DNA from: Promethearchaeota archaeon
Lineage (GTDB): Archaea; Asgardarchaeota; Lokiarchaeia; Sigyniarchaeales; SOKP01
Length of the DNA stretch: 64,000 nt
Direction of reading: 5' to 3'
NCBI GenBank assembly: GCA_048941015.1
Contig: JBHLNZ010000003.1
Location: 60,797-124,796 of the forward strand
The notes under the pieces: generated by a model
Databases searched by the model: none
Seen by the model: only the letters and a program-made list of their open reading frames with translations
Told to the model about the DNA's origin: nothing
Translations under genes and position numbers: made by a program
In this document: positions 47,901 to 57,437 of the stretch, in pieces
Position numbering within the stretch: the stretch's first letter is position 1
How the letters are laid out: each line of letters starts with the position of its first letter

Positions 47901-48705
47901 TCATGCGGGATTACATCAAATTAGGGTTCGATATGAATATAATTCTATCCTCTATAATACATTCAATTCTACTTATATTGTAATCAATGAAACAATAAAT
48001 ATCGATGTTGACCAAAATAATCTTAGAATTGTTCGAGATCAGCAGAATTTTATGATTACAGGAACAGTTCATGAAGGTGGTGTGAACTTGAGAGGTTTAA
48101 TCGTAAGAATTATGCTATTAAACAGTTCGCTTGATGATAATTCAAATTATCTGAATATTGCTGGTTCACAATCAATAGTTATATTTAATGATGGCACATT
48201 TCAATACGACATAAATTTTGTAGATTTAGATTGTATGCAAGGTAACTATTATATCAGAATTGATTTTGAAGGAAGTATTAATGCTCCTGGGATTGATTTA
48301 TTTAATTATATGACTACAACAAATAGTTCACTAAGGAACATTGATGTAATCGCGGGTACTTATCTCACGCAAAATACATTTTACACAGAATATGAAAGTC
48401 AATATCCTGATTTATGGGTTGATGGAGATACTTTATATGTTATTGGTAATTTGTATTGGGATAATGGAACCGCTTTATCTGGAGTGATTGTAAATGTTAC
48501 AGTTAAATTATTTGATGGAACTATTATAGCTTACAATGATACTGTATTAACTGACGGTTCGGGGCAATTTAATGCATCTATCTATATTGATCCAAGCAAT
48601 CCTCTCTGGCCAACTTATCGTGATCAGACAGAAATCTGGGTGTATTTTGATCCTATTGTAAATGGCATGAATTATGTAGAAGCATCAGAAATAGAATTTA
48701 TATAA
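44977..48705 (+). CDS. Membrane-anchored transglutaminase-like protein with Ig-like beta repeats
   Basis: N-terminal TM; G.xSEFASA...CRA...SRFV.GF...WAEIY...W..MD.TP; repeated TD..G.A/F beta modules; many N-x-S/T sequons. Confidence 0.8.
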   Translation: MPDFREDLLVSTINKKRVIGVILIGIILISVFAFSSFLFSLIWGSQRPNPSDRLSEAEEETVILDLPPFPYNLSDFQTQFPNLTLDQLQDLFDMFDGDIDDLNLTSFSQDILALLGSEIEVFRIYDYYDFNDLSDNLWRYECFDEYVGDGWQSTAVTQDYNFYPYSDYFTYYWWLQKVRIQMPLTPSFGLNSMVIPTLFPIPFIMEGSVNANNLDYNSIKIFKDSYNCTTLNLNFTSSDAVNMSYELFGLNLPSDQEVNDSALDENLTPDPIKNKFLQFPSSKQIYLNSHPFFQDHYNILNSIINQGDNAFEVAIKIKNYLQANFTIAIDALQNDPPANGEDVVEWFCEHREGLWSEFASAFTMFCRAFNVSSRFVDGFNSRGAIEEFDSFGSYVAIKYKNIYNWAEIYVPTDISGQGMWVQMDITPILDFNLTVYSDYPFYNRPSTANLTAILGSNDTSVENRRITFYDETTQTFLGEALTDINGVASILVNINNSQVVGPHLITASYLTVVNATMYTILGNAALNLTNLISAGPIANEINISLNDPYPDEVFVQGYVYDPLNNERITNAEVNFKLFLDGTNNEILNAFSPPNTYTDNNGDFRANLYLDPSVTKGNYEVRVDFNGTWDIYGFPFTYPNINGSSNRMELDIVDETTFYLLFYIDDIEAWNYEAPSISRYSTVELKAIVLNETGDPVQGQVVDFYDHSQNLYLGSDVTDGSGIANYSYYIDNIAAGPNLVYAQLGNLINYSYFILDAPVSFYMDIWPQNLNISRTGSTDRTFVVHGFLNDIENLETVRFAYFNINMFDGPIDVAPSYLILDTGSYRTSRYGEIYAVFRVSSSTPTKNYTLRITFNGYFDYPTPVPYFFNLSTYVNFTTTSNANYELKVYDPEQIDIIFKIEGQHSLPWYDNGNPPATYNWPDIANFEVRINQSGTYAPAGSIVYLRDVYTNILLDSYTFQASDNGIHLFTIPTSSLHAGLHQIRVRYEYNSILYNTFNSTYIVINETINIDVDQNNLRIVRDQQNFMITGTVHEGGVNLRGLIVRIMLLNSSLDDNSNYLNIAGSQSIVIFNDGTFQYDINFVDLDCMQGNYYIRIDFEGSINAPGIDLFNYMTTTNSSLRNIDVIAGTYLTQNTFYTEYESQYPDLWVDGDTLYVIGNLYWDNGTALSGVIVNVTVKLFDGTIIAYNDTVLTDGSGQFNASIYIDPSNPLWPTYRDQTEIWVYFDPIVNGMNYVEASEIEFI

Positions 48706-48725
48706 ACAAAAAGTAATTATAAAGT

Positions 48726-50348
48726 ATGATACAAATGAAGAGATTATATACTAACAGAAAAAATTTAAATAAGTTTTTAATAATTTCTCTGTTAATTTTA
48801 TCTTTTTTCACACCCTGTATAATTTTCTTTAATTTTATTCAAAAAGAACATTATAGATCTGGGATAAATCAACAATTAGAGGAAATACCCAAAACATCAA
48901 AACTTATAGGAGTTATCAATTTAACGAATTATGAAATAAATCTTACAAGCCACTATCATAACTCAATTATACCAATCAGAGGAAAAATATATAAGCCTGT
49001 GCCACCCCCTCCACCCTACGATAATTTAACAAATATCAATGTTACATTAGTGGTGGATGGGATAGAAGACCGTAATTTTATTGCGACTTCTGATCAATTT
49101 GGAGAGTTTCAAATTGATTATCAAATTCCTTCTTCCTTAGACGTCTATTCGAGTCATAAAATCGAGGTAAAAACTACTGATGATTTAGGGAATGATGATA
49201 TTCTCCCTGAAAACTTTTTTATAATTTTTGTTAATGCTACCTCGTACTTAGATATTAATTATATAGATTCTCCTTATATTCCTGGAGAATTATTCAATTT
49301 AAATGGAATTTTAAAATTAGATGATATTAATGGAGATGGGATTCCAAATGCACAATTAGATTATTATTGGTATAATGCGACTGATAATTGGCCATTAAAC
49401 AATTTCTTTACAAATCCAGTTGATGGCTCAATTTCTGAAAATATTCAAATCCCATTTGATGCTTATTCTGATATCATAAATTTAAATTTATCCTATATTG
49501 GAGATCCTATAAATGGAATAGATGAGTCATCAATAGAAATAACCCAAATAAAATTATTCAATGATATGAATTGTAATTGGAATATAATCTCAAATGCAAC
49601 AGTAGGAGATCAAATTAATATAGCCGGACAATTAACTTCCAGAAAAAGTGCTTCATTAAAATTATATAATAGATCTATACGAATCTTTTATGATAATAAT
49701 TTAATTAATTCAGTAGATACAGACACTAATGGTAATTTCCAATATACATATACAATTCCTCCTGGACCGGGAAATAATTCTATACGGATTGAACTAATTA
49801 CTACTGGAGGACCCTATATCTTTAACTCTACTAACATTACCATCGCTGCAGCTACTACACAATTACCATCTGGACCAGACACACCAGTCCCATTTTTAGG
49901 ATTTGCTCTAATATTTTTTCCAATATTAATTGGGATTATCGTAGGTTTAGCTGTTTATGGATTTTACTACTATAAAAAACAAAATAAAGAGTCAAAGGTC
50001 ATTAATTTACCACTTGAATCAAAAATAATAAATTTAAAAATTTTGAAAGAAACAGGTAGATTGGAAGAATCTTTATCTTATCTTTTTAATGCCATCTATA
50101 TGGATTTAATAAGTGCTAAATATGGGAGAATCAGAAAAATAAATGAAACCATAAGAGATTTTGCTATAGTTTCTGTTAAACAATTGAATTTAAAACCTTC
50201 AAACGTTTACCCATTTATTCAAAAAGTTGAGGAAATAATCTATGCTAAACCATATCAGATAACAGAAAAAGAATTTTATTCTGCAATAGAATTATTTTCA
50301 CCAGTTTATTATGAATTAACAGGATATCATTTTATTTTAAATTTTTAA
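48726..50348 (+). CDS. Ig-like surface protein with TM and C-terminal DUF4129-like domain
   Basis: Signal/TM, beta-rich repeats, TM near aa 390-415, ET.RDF...EE..Y domain. Confidence 0.7.
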   Translation: MIQMKRLYTNRKNLNKFLIISLLILSFFTPCIIFFNFIQKEHYRSGINQQLEEIPKTSKLIGVINLTNYEINLTSHYHNSIIPIRGKIYKPVPPPPPYDNLTNINVTLVVDGIEDRNFIATSDQFGEFQIDYQIPSSLDVYSSHKIEVKTTDDLGNDDILPENFFIIFVNATSYLDINYIDSPYIPGELFNLNGILKLDDINGDGIPNAQLDYYWYNATDNWPLNNFFTNPVDGSISENIQIPFDAYSDIINLNLSYIGDPINGIDESSIEITQIKLFNDMNCNWNIISNATVGDQINIAGQLTSRKSASLKLYNRSIRIFYDNNLINSVDTDTNGNFQYTYTIPPGPGNNSIRIELITTGGPYIFNSTNITIAAATTQLPSGPDTPVPFLGFALIFFPILIGIIVGLAVYGFYYYKKQNKESKVINLPLESKIINLKILKETGRLEESLSYLFNAIYMDLISAKYGRIRKINETIRDFAIVSVKQLNLKPSNVYPFIQKVEEIIYAKPYQITEKEFYSAIELFSPVYYELTGYHFILNF

Positions 50349-50464
50349 AGAAATTATTTAATCAAAATTAATAATATGTAGGAAAAAAAGAAAATCTAGG
50401 AAAAAATATAAATTTAGAAAAAATCATTATTTAAAAAAATTGAAGGAAAAAAAAGGGTAATAAT

Positions 50465-50845
50465 ATGGTAAAAGTAAAGAAAAGTAAAAAACAGGAAGAA
50501 CCAGAATTAGATATTTCACAGAGTTTTGAGAATGTAAAAGTCTTAGTTCAAACCAATAGAGCAAAAGAGGCAATTGCTTACATTTATCTCGTGTATAATG
50601 ATTTGATAAGGAGGAAATATAAAAAGCCAAGGTTAGCTTTTCAGACGATCAGAGAATATGCCATAATTTGTGTAAATGAATTAGATCAGAAACCAGAATC
50701 AGTATATCCTTTCATTAAAAAAATAGAAGATATTATTTATGGAGGAATAGAACCGACGAGTAAAGAATTGAATTTTACGATCCAATTGTTTTCTAACTTA
50801 TACAACGAAATTACAGGAAAATCACTACACAGAATTAGTTTTTAA
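50465..50845 (+). CDS. Stand-alone DUF4129-like protein
   Basis: Aligns by eye with the C-terminal domain of 48726-50348 (TIR.A, KP..VYPFI.K.E.IIY). Confidence 0.7.
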   Translation: MVKVKKSKKQEEPELDISQSFENVKVLVQTNRAKEAIAYIYLVYNDLIRRKYKKPRLAFQTIREYAIICVNELDQKPESVYPFIKKIEDIIYGGIEPTSKELNFTIQLFSNLYNEITGKSLHRISF

Positions 50846-50902
50846 ATGGTTCTTAAAATTTGAGCAAATAGTAATAAACACAATAAGGTAGAATAAATTA
50901 AG

Positions 50903-52615
50903 ATGTCTAGTGTTGGTAAAAGTTCAGAGAAAAATATTAATTTTTCAAAAGGAATTCTATTAGTATTTTTTAGCATTTTTCTAATAGTCTATGGTTTTTT
51001 TATTTCAGATTTCTATAACCAAGTAGATTTACCAAGTTTCATCAGTTATATTCCTCTAGTATGCTTCACTGGAGCTGCTTTTTTGGCGATTGCATTCTTA
51101 ATTTTTATTCGGAATATTACAGTTCAAAAATCAAGAGAAATTCAGTCTCGAAAACAACTTAAAACCGGGTCAATTTATAAACAAGCATTATTTCTAGTAC
51201 TTTTCATAATTGTTTTTATCCCATTACTCAGTCCTATAATCGATCAGGGTACAAATCATCAATATAATTCAATCTATAACGATGATTGGAATGGTGCTTC
51301 TAACTTTGCTAGTACTATAGAAGAACAAGGATACGATGTTATGTCAGTACAATCAAGTTTAAGTGCAACTGAACGTTTAAATCAATCAATTCTATTGATT
51401 TTACTTGGACCAAATCAATTTTATAATCCTGTTTTTGAGATACCATATTTTATTAATTTTTTTGATAATGAATCAAGAAATTCTCTTTTAATATGTCATG
51501 ATCATGGTAGTACAAGCACTTTATTGTGGGAAATTTTTCTTGCGAGTGCTATTGATCCAGATATTCAAGGAACAATCCCTGTTACCATATTTCCTGACGG
51601 TATTCTTAGAGATAATGCTTCTTTTGATACGGCACCAGATTTTCCTATAATAACATCCTTTAATGCACATGAAACAACTATAGGAATAACTGATGTAATT
51701 CTTTCAGAAGCTTCTTCAGTAGTTGGAGGTCCTTTTATATCTTATTTTGGCTGGGAACTTATTGGAAGTTCAACTGATTACGGATATATAGATAAGGATA
51801 ACAACCATTATTATAATTTTGATGAAGATAATATAGATTTAAGTCTTATGGCTCCTCTTGGTTTTCCTTCTAAATGGCCATTAGGAGGTTACCCACAAGG
51901 GGTATTTATGGCTAAAGATACTGGAAATGGAAGGGTGTTTGTCACTGCGGATGCTAGTATGTTTAATAATGAATTAATTAATGATCCAAACTATGATAAT
52001 CGCCAATTTGGACTTAATATTATAAATTGGTTAACATATGGAGGCGTTAATAAAGAAGATTGGGTTATAGTATTCGATGAAGCTCATCTAAGACCAGAAT
52101 ATACACGGGATCTCTCCTCCGCAGGAATTTATGGATTGGTTCTGCAATATATTGTACATCTCTCAACTAATCCAATAACAGCTTGGATTTATCCCATTTT
52201 GGCTATTTATTCTTTAAAGAAATATTTACCTAAAAAAGATCAAAAGGCTGAAAAGAAAAAAGCTAAAGAACAAGAAAAAAAGGAAGAGAAAGAAAAATTC
52301 AGAACTTCTTCATTTTTTGCACAAAAAATCGAATGGTTCCGAAATAGAGGGGAATATGGAAAAGCACTTTCATTACTCTACAGACGTTTAGAACGTAAAT
52401 TGAATACCTTGTTAAGAGGAAAAAAAATGACATCTAAAAATGTAATAGATATGGTTATTGATAAAGAACCTAATATTACCAAACTTAAGATTAGAAGAAT
52501 TTCTAGATTCATGGATAGAATTTTAGCCATTAAATTAGGTAAATCAAAAATTAAAAATGAACAAGATTTTGAGAACCTATTCTTCGAGATGGAATGGGTT
52601 GCTAACAATTTATAA
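50903..52615 (+). CDS. DUF4350-like membrane protein
   Basis: SIYN..WNGAS.F, G.GRV...AD.S.F.N, DN..F..N, IVFDEAH. Confidence 0.75.
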   Translation: MSSVGKSSEKNINFSKGILLVFFSIFLIVYGFFISDFYNQVDLPSFISYIPLVCFTGAAFLAIAFLIFIRNITVQKSREIQSRKQLKTGSIYKQALFLVLFIIVFIPLLSPIIDQGTNHQYNSIYNDDWNGASNFASTIEEQGYDVMSVQSSLSATERLNQSILLILLGPNQFYNPVFEIPYFINFFDNESRNSLLICHDHGSTSTLLWEIFLASAIDPDIQGTIPVTIFPDGILRDNASFDTAPDFPIITSFNAHETTIGITDVILSEASSVVGGPFISYFGWELIGSSTDYGYIDKDNNHYYNFDEDNIDLSLMAPLGFPSKWPLGGYPQGVFMAKDTGNGRVFVTADASMFNNELINDPNYDNRQFGLNIINWLTYGGVNKEDWVIVFDEAHLRPEYTRDLSSAGIYGLVLQYIVHLSTNPITAWIYPILAIYSLKKYLPKKDQKAEKKKAKEQEKKEEKEKFRTSSFFAQKIEWFRNRGEYGKALSLLYRRLERKLNTLLRGKKMTSKNVIDMVIDKEPNITKLKIRRISRFMDRILAIKLGKSKIKNEQDFENLFFEMEWVANNL

Positions 52616-52670
52616 GAATTAAATAAAAAGTTAAAAATAAAAAAAATAAAAAGAAAAAATGTGAAATGTA

Positions 52671-53651
52671 ATGGAAACCCCAGATAAAGCAAAATATTAT
52701 GAACGTGAAGAATTGGATGTTTCACCTATTAGAGAAATTGCACAAGAAGTGTTAAGCGAAGTTTCAAGAGTTATTGTTGGGTATGGAGAAATTTTGCAGG
52801 AATTATTTATTGCATTACTAGTTAATGGTCATGTTCTATTAGAAGGTGTTCCAGGCTTGGGAAAAACTGTAATGGCAAAAACTTTCGCTAAAACATTAGG
52901 AATTGGTTTCCGGCGAGTTCAGTTCACTCCTGATCTACTTCCTGCTGATATTACGGGTACTAAGATTTTTGATCAGAATGAAGGTGCGTTCGTACTTCAA
53001 AAAGGTCCCATTTTTGCAAACGTGGTTTTAGCGGATGAGATCAATAGAAGTGCTCCAAAGACCCAAGCAGCATTATTAGAAGCAATGGCTGAAAGGCAAG
53101 TCACCATTGAAGGACAAACATTATCACTTGAAAAGCCATTTATTGTAATAGCAACAGAAAATCCCGTTGAAATGGAAGGAACTTATCCCTTACCCGAGGC
53201 ACAAGTAGACCGTTTCCTATTTAAGCTATGGTTAGATTATCCAGAAGAAGATGAAGAAGTAGATATTATGAGAAGACAATTAACTGGAGAATTGCCTTCA
53301 ATAGAATCAATAACAACTGGAGAGGAACTTTTAGCAGCTCAAAAAGTAATGAATCTAGTATATATTGATGATAGAATTTTGAAATATATTAGAGATATTA
53401 TAATAAAGACGCGAAATCACCCACAAATTGCTTTAGGTTGTGGTCCACGAGCAGGTTTAACTTTAATGAAATGCGCAAAGGCACGAGCAGCAATCTTAGG
53501 AAGAGTTTATGTTACTCCAGATGATGTAAGAGCTCTAATAATTGCGGCTTTAAATCATAGAATTTTGTTAAAACCAGAAGCAGAATTAGAAGGTTTAGAT
53601 GTAAAAAGTGTGATTAAAAATATAATAGAAGAAATTCCAGTTCCCATTTAA
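52671..53651 (+). CDS. moxR: MoxR proper (MRP) AAA+ ATPase
   Basis: HVLLEGVPGLGKT, RVQFTPDLLPADITG, LADEINR..PKTQAALLEAM.E, GTYPLPEAQ.DRF. Confidence 0.95.
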   Translation: METPDKAKYYEREELDVSPIREIAQEVLSEVSRVIVGYGEILQELFIALLVNGHVLLEGVPGLGKTVMAKTFAKTLGIGFRRVQFTPDLLPADITGTKIFDQNEGAFVLQKGPIFANVVLADEINRSAPKTQAALLEAMAERQVTIEGQTLSLEKPFIVIATENPVEMEGTYPLPEAQVDRFLFKLWLDYPEEDEEVDIMRRQLTGELPSIESITTGEELLAAQKVMNLVYIDDRILKYIRDIIIKTRNHPQIALGCGPRAGLTLMKCAKARAAILGRVYVTPDDVRALIIAALNHRILLKPEAELEGLDVKSVIKNIIEEIPVPI

Positions 53652-53733
53652 AAAATATTTTTTTATTTTAAATGGATTTGGAGTATAGATCTAATAGATC
53701 ATTAGATAATATAATTTAGGAAGGTGAGATTAA

Positions 53734-55062
53734 GTGTTAGGAGGTAAAGGAAGAATATTAATATTATTTTCAGTTTTTTTTCTAACTGCAGGATTTGCCT
53801 TTGTTAATTACTTCTTAATATTTTTCGCCATTATCCTAATATTTAGTACCGTAATCAGTTTACCTATTTTCTATTGGCAAATGAATGTTGAGGAGTTAAA
53901 AGTACATAGAGAACTCGAAAAAGAAAAAGTATTCAAAGATGATTTTGTACATGTTAAAGTAGTAATTGAAAACACCGGAAGAAATAGTTTTGACTTTCTT
54001 GAAATTAGAGATTATTATAATCCTGAACTTTTTAGACTGATCTTAGGTGAAAATTTCATATCTACACGAATTGCCCCAAAAGCTATTATAAAGTTCTCAT
54101 ATGTTTTAGAACCAAAAGTAAGGGGAGAATATCCTCTTGGTCCTCTTTCAATCACAGTAAAGGATAGGTTAGGATTTAATTCAGTTGAAAGAATTGTGCC
54201 CAATAGTGTTTCTGAGATCCTTGTATACCCTCCATACGAGGATATTAAAAGAATTGAAATCTTAGGTTCTAAACGTTCACTTCAATTAAATTATGGATTG
54301 CAGAGATCAAAGCAAAAGGGCTTGGGATCTGAATTTTATGGCATGAGAAAATATGTATTTGGAGATCAATTCAGATTAATAGATTGGAAAGCAAGTGCGA
54401 GAACTCAACAACTAATAGTTAAAGAATTTGAGAGCGAAAGAGATGTTACAGTTATGATAATAGTTGATTCCTCCAATTCTATGGCAGGAGGTGCTATAGA
54501 GAATACAAAATTTGAATATGCTATAAGAGCTTGCATGTTATTAACTAAGGTTGCTTTAACACGAAGAGATAATGTTGGAGTCTTTACTTTTTCAGATAAA
54601 AAAAATTTCAATTTCCTACAGCCTGGAAGTGGAGAAGATCATTTTTATCAAGTTTTGGATTTTGTAGCAAAAGTAAAACCTCAGGGTAGAAGTAGAATGG
54701 TAGAAGCTATAGACTATTTGTGCAGAAGATTTCAAAAACGCAGTTTAATATTCTTAATATCTGATTTAGAAGGAGATGTTAAAGAAATCGGTCAAGCAAT
54801 TAGGAAGTTAGTTCCCTTTAATCATACAATTATAATTATCAACCCATTCAGTCCATGGTTTGAAATTCACGAGATTGATTTATCTTCAACAGATAAAGCT
54901 CTTGCCGAGGCTATTAGTGAAGAAATGATGGAATACGTTTTAAAAATTAAACAAGATTTACGTAATCTAGGAGTAAATATTATTACAGTTGGTCCTGACG
55001 ATATCTTAAATCAAGTATTAAGTACTTATATGGAAGCAAAGAAAAAAGGAAGTGCATTTTAA
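53734..55062 (+). CDS. DUF58 (VWA-like) protein
   Basis: G.EF..MR.Y..GD..R.IDWKASAR...L.VKEFE.E, D.S.SM, ISD. Confidence 0.9.
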   Translation: MLGGKGRILILFSVFFLTAGFAFVNYFLIFFAIILIFSTVISLPIFYWQMNVEELKVHRELEKEKVFKDDFVHVKVVIENTGRNSFDFLEIRDYYNPELFRLILGENFISTRIAPKAIIKFSYVLEPKVRGEYPLGPLSITVKDRLGFNSVERIVPNSVSEILVYPPYEDIKRIEILGSKRSLQLNYGLQRSKQKGLGSEFYGMRKYVFGDQFRLIDWKASARTQQLIVKEFESERDVTVMIIVDSSNSMAGGAIENTKFEYAIRACMLLTKVALTRRDNVGVFTFSDKKNFNFLQPGSGEDHFYQVLDFVAKVKPQGRSRMVEAIDYLCRRFQKRSLIFLISDLEGDVKEIGQAIRKLVPFNHTIIIINPFSPWFEIHEIDLSSTDKALAEAISEEMMEYVLKIKQDLRNLGVNIITVGPDDILNQVLSTYMEAKKKGSAF

Positions 55063-55064
55063 AG

Positions 55065-56486
55065 ATGGTAAGATACTATTTAATTGGCTTAAAAGTAGTG
55101 AAGATATTGATTTTTTTATGGATTTTGACCACGTTTCTTTCTATCTTTCATTTAGATCAAGTATTAACTACTGATAGTGGAGAACCTGTTCTAGCTGCTT
55201 TTATTGGAAGTATTCGTAATATATTTACTTATCTCATCTATTCTTGTGCTTATTTAGTCGCGTTAGGTACTGCTATTGTAGCTTCATTTGGTATTAGAGA
55301 GTTTTTATTCAATTTTATTGAAACATTTTTTAGAAATTACCTCAGTTTATGGTTTAAATTTCCAAATGGTTATGCTCCAAATTTGAATGAAATCCCCGAT
55401 CTTCTTTTAGGTGAATTATCAGGTTTCCTTGAAAACTTATACTTAATCGCTTTTCAAATACTATTAATTCTTTCCATTTTATATTTAATCAGAGCATTTA
55501 TACAAACAAATCCTAAATATGATTTAATTGCTATTGGGGCATTAGTTTCAATGATAGTAATTCCATTGATGGTATTTGGATTTAAGGACATGCTTGAATT
55601 ATTTAATATTACATTTGAATATTTTGAAAGTTTAGCATATCCATTAGACTCTCAATTTAATGAAATTCCATTAGATAATATATTTAGCTTTTTATCAAGT
55701 CCTGTAATACTACTCGCAATTTTATCATATGTTTATCTTGAGATTGCTTTTCAAATAAATTATACAAACACAGTCACAAAACCTTCTTTAGAAAGAAGTG
55801 ATAGATTAGAAGCTCAATTAGATATTTTAAGGAGCGAGTCGCATTTTGTTATTGCTGATGTTGATAAAGTTAAAGAAGAAGCTAAAAAAAGGAAGGAAGA
55901 ACTTGAAGTAGGGGAAAAAGAAACGATAAGCACATTTTTTGCTAAAACGGGCGAGAGATTTTCCTATGTTAAAGAGATGATAACAAAAAAGAAATTGGAA
56001 GAGGAAGAGAAAAAATTAATTACTGCTGCTTCTAAAACAAGACGGCTTGGTAGATATATAGATAGACTATATAAAGAAGATCCAGAAGCACATGATACTT
56101 TAACCGCAAAATCATCGGCTCCAAGTTCGCAGAGTTTGGCACTTTCTACAGGAATAAATTTTACTTATCGTGTTGCCCTAATTATAATTATAAGTTACGT
56201 AATAATTCATCCAAAATGGTTTTTTACTAATGTGTTTAATTTACCACCCGCAATTACTGATAGTGTAGGTATTTTCTCGCCTGAAGTTATCATAATTCTA
56301 TTAATTCCCATAATTCTAATATTTCCAGTAATATCAAAATTAATTTCGTTTATCAAACATAGGAATTTAATAATTCGACTACAACAAGAAGGTAGAATTA
56401 AAGAGATTCTTGCTTCAGTGGGAGATTACGTTAAAAAAATTGAATTAGACGAAAAAGAAGAAGAATTAGCTTCTGAAGCACTTTGA
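55065..56486 (+). CDS. Multi-pass membrane protein with a charged loop
   Basis: About 7 hydrophobic segments; starts 2 nt after the DUF58 stop. Confidence 0.7.
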   Translation: MVRYYLIGLKVVKILIFLWILTTFLSIFHLDQVLTTDSGEPVLAAFIGSIRNIFTYLIYSCAYLVALGTAIVASFGIREFLFNFIETFFRNYLSLWFKFPNGYAPNLNEIPDLLLGELSGFLENLYLIAFQILLILSILYLIRAFIQTNPKYDLIAIGALVSMIVIPLMVFGFKDMLELFNITFEYFESLAYPLDSQFNEIPLDNIFSFLSSPVILLAILSYVYLEIAFQINYTNTVTKPSLERSDRLEAQLDILRSESHFVIADVDKVKEEAKKRKEELEVGEKETISTFFAKTGERFSYVKEMITKKKLEEEEKKLITAASKTRRLGRYIDRLYKEDPEAHDTLTAKSSAPSSQSLALSTGINFTYRVALIIIISYVIIHPKWFFTNVFNLPPAITDSVGIFSPEVIIILLIPIILIFPVISKLISFIKHRNLIIRLQQEGRIKEILASVGDYVKKIELDEKEEELASEAL

Positions 56487-56498
56487 GTTAAATTTTTT

Positions 56499-57428
56499 TT
56501 ATAAATTAACAATAAACTTTGCTAATTCTCTCTTTTTATTTTCATTACTCATAATTGTGTCAAAACAATATGATTTTATCCCTAAATCTTCTACTTCTGC
56601 TTTCAATCTCGAATCTTTATTATCAATTATAAAATGTCCTAAGAAATCTTCATAATATTTTGCTACTCCTACACAAGATACATTTAGACCAAGAGATCTC
56701 ATTAATTTATCTGCTGGACCTTTAAGTGGTGATCCTTGGATAATTGGAGAGATACCAAAAACTTTATCTCTTACTCTTTTTAAACCAGATCGTATTCCAG
56801 GAACATTAAGGATTGTTCCGATTGAAACTATAGGATTTGAAGGACATATAAATATTTTTTTACTTTCCTTTATGAATTCCAATACACCATCTATTGGTTT
56901 TGCATTTTCTATTCCCCTAAATTCAATATCAAGAATTTCTGGTCTGCATTGGTATTTTATAAAATATTCCTCAAAATGCATTGTCTTTGAAGGAGTTTTA
57001 ATAAATGTTTGAACAATCTCATTACACATAGGAATAAGAGTTGATTGAATTCCTAATTTCTTACAAATGATATCAGTAATTTCAGCTTTAGTAAATCCTT
57101 TATTAAATAAATCTGTACGATAAATATGAGTCGCTAAGTCTTTATCTCCAGCATTAAACCAACCATAATCATAGTATTTTCTTAAAATGTTTAAACAATT
57201 AAATGTTTCCTTACTGAAACCCCATCCTTTCTCGTTATCTACAAAATCTCCTAAAGTATAAGTAATAATATCAATATCTGGACAAATTTTTAAACCAAAT
57301 AATTCTATATCATCTCCCGTATTTATAATTATTTTTAGTAATTCCGGGTTGACTATTTTTCTTAAACCATCTATAAATTTTGCGGCACCAACTCCTCCCG
57401 CTAAAATAACATAGTAATCTTCCCCCAT
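56499..57428 (-). CDS. cofD: 2-phospho-L-lactate transferase
   Basis: LAGGVGAAKF, NTGDD...GL.ICPD.D, GDKDLATH, HFEEYF, PSNP.VSI, GPADKLM. Confidence 0.95.
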   Translation of the reverse strand: MGEDYYVILAGGVGAAKFIDGLRKIVNPELLKIIINTGDDIELFGLKICPDIDIITYTLGDFVDNEKGWGFSKETFNCLNILRKYYDYGWFNAGDKDLATHIYRTDLFNKGFTKAEITDIICKKLGIQSTLIPMCNEIVQTFIKTPSKTMHFEEYFIKYQCRPEILDIEFRGIENAKPIDGVLEFIKESKKIFICPSNPIVSIGTILNVPGIRSGLKRVRDKVFGISPIIQGSPLKGPADKLMRSLGLNVSCVGVAKYYEDFLGHFIIDNKDSRLKAEVEDLGIKSYCFDTIMSNENKKRELAKFIVNL

Positions 57429-57437
57429 TTTTTATAA

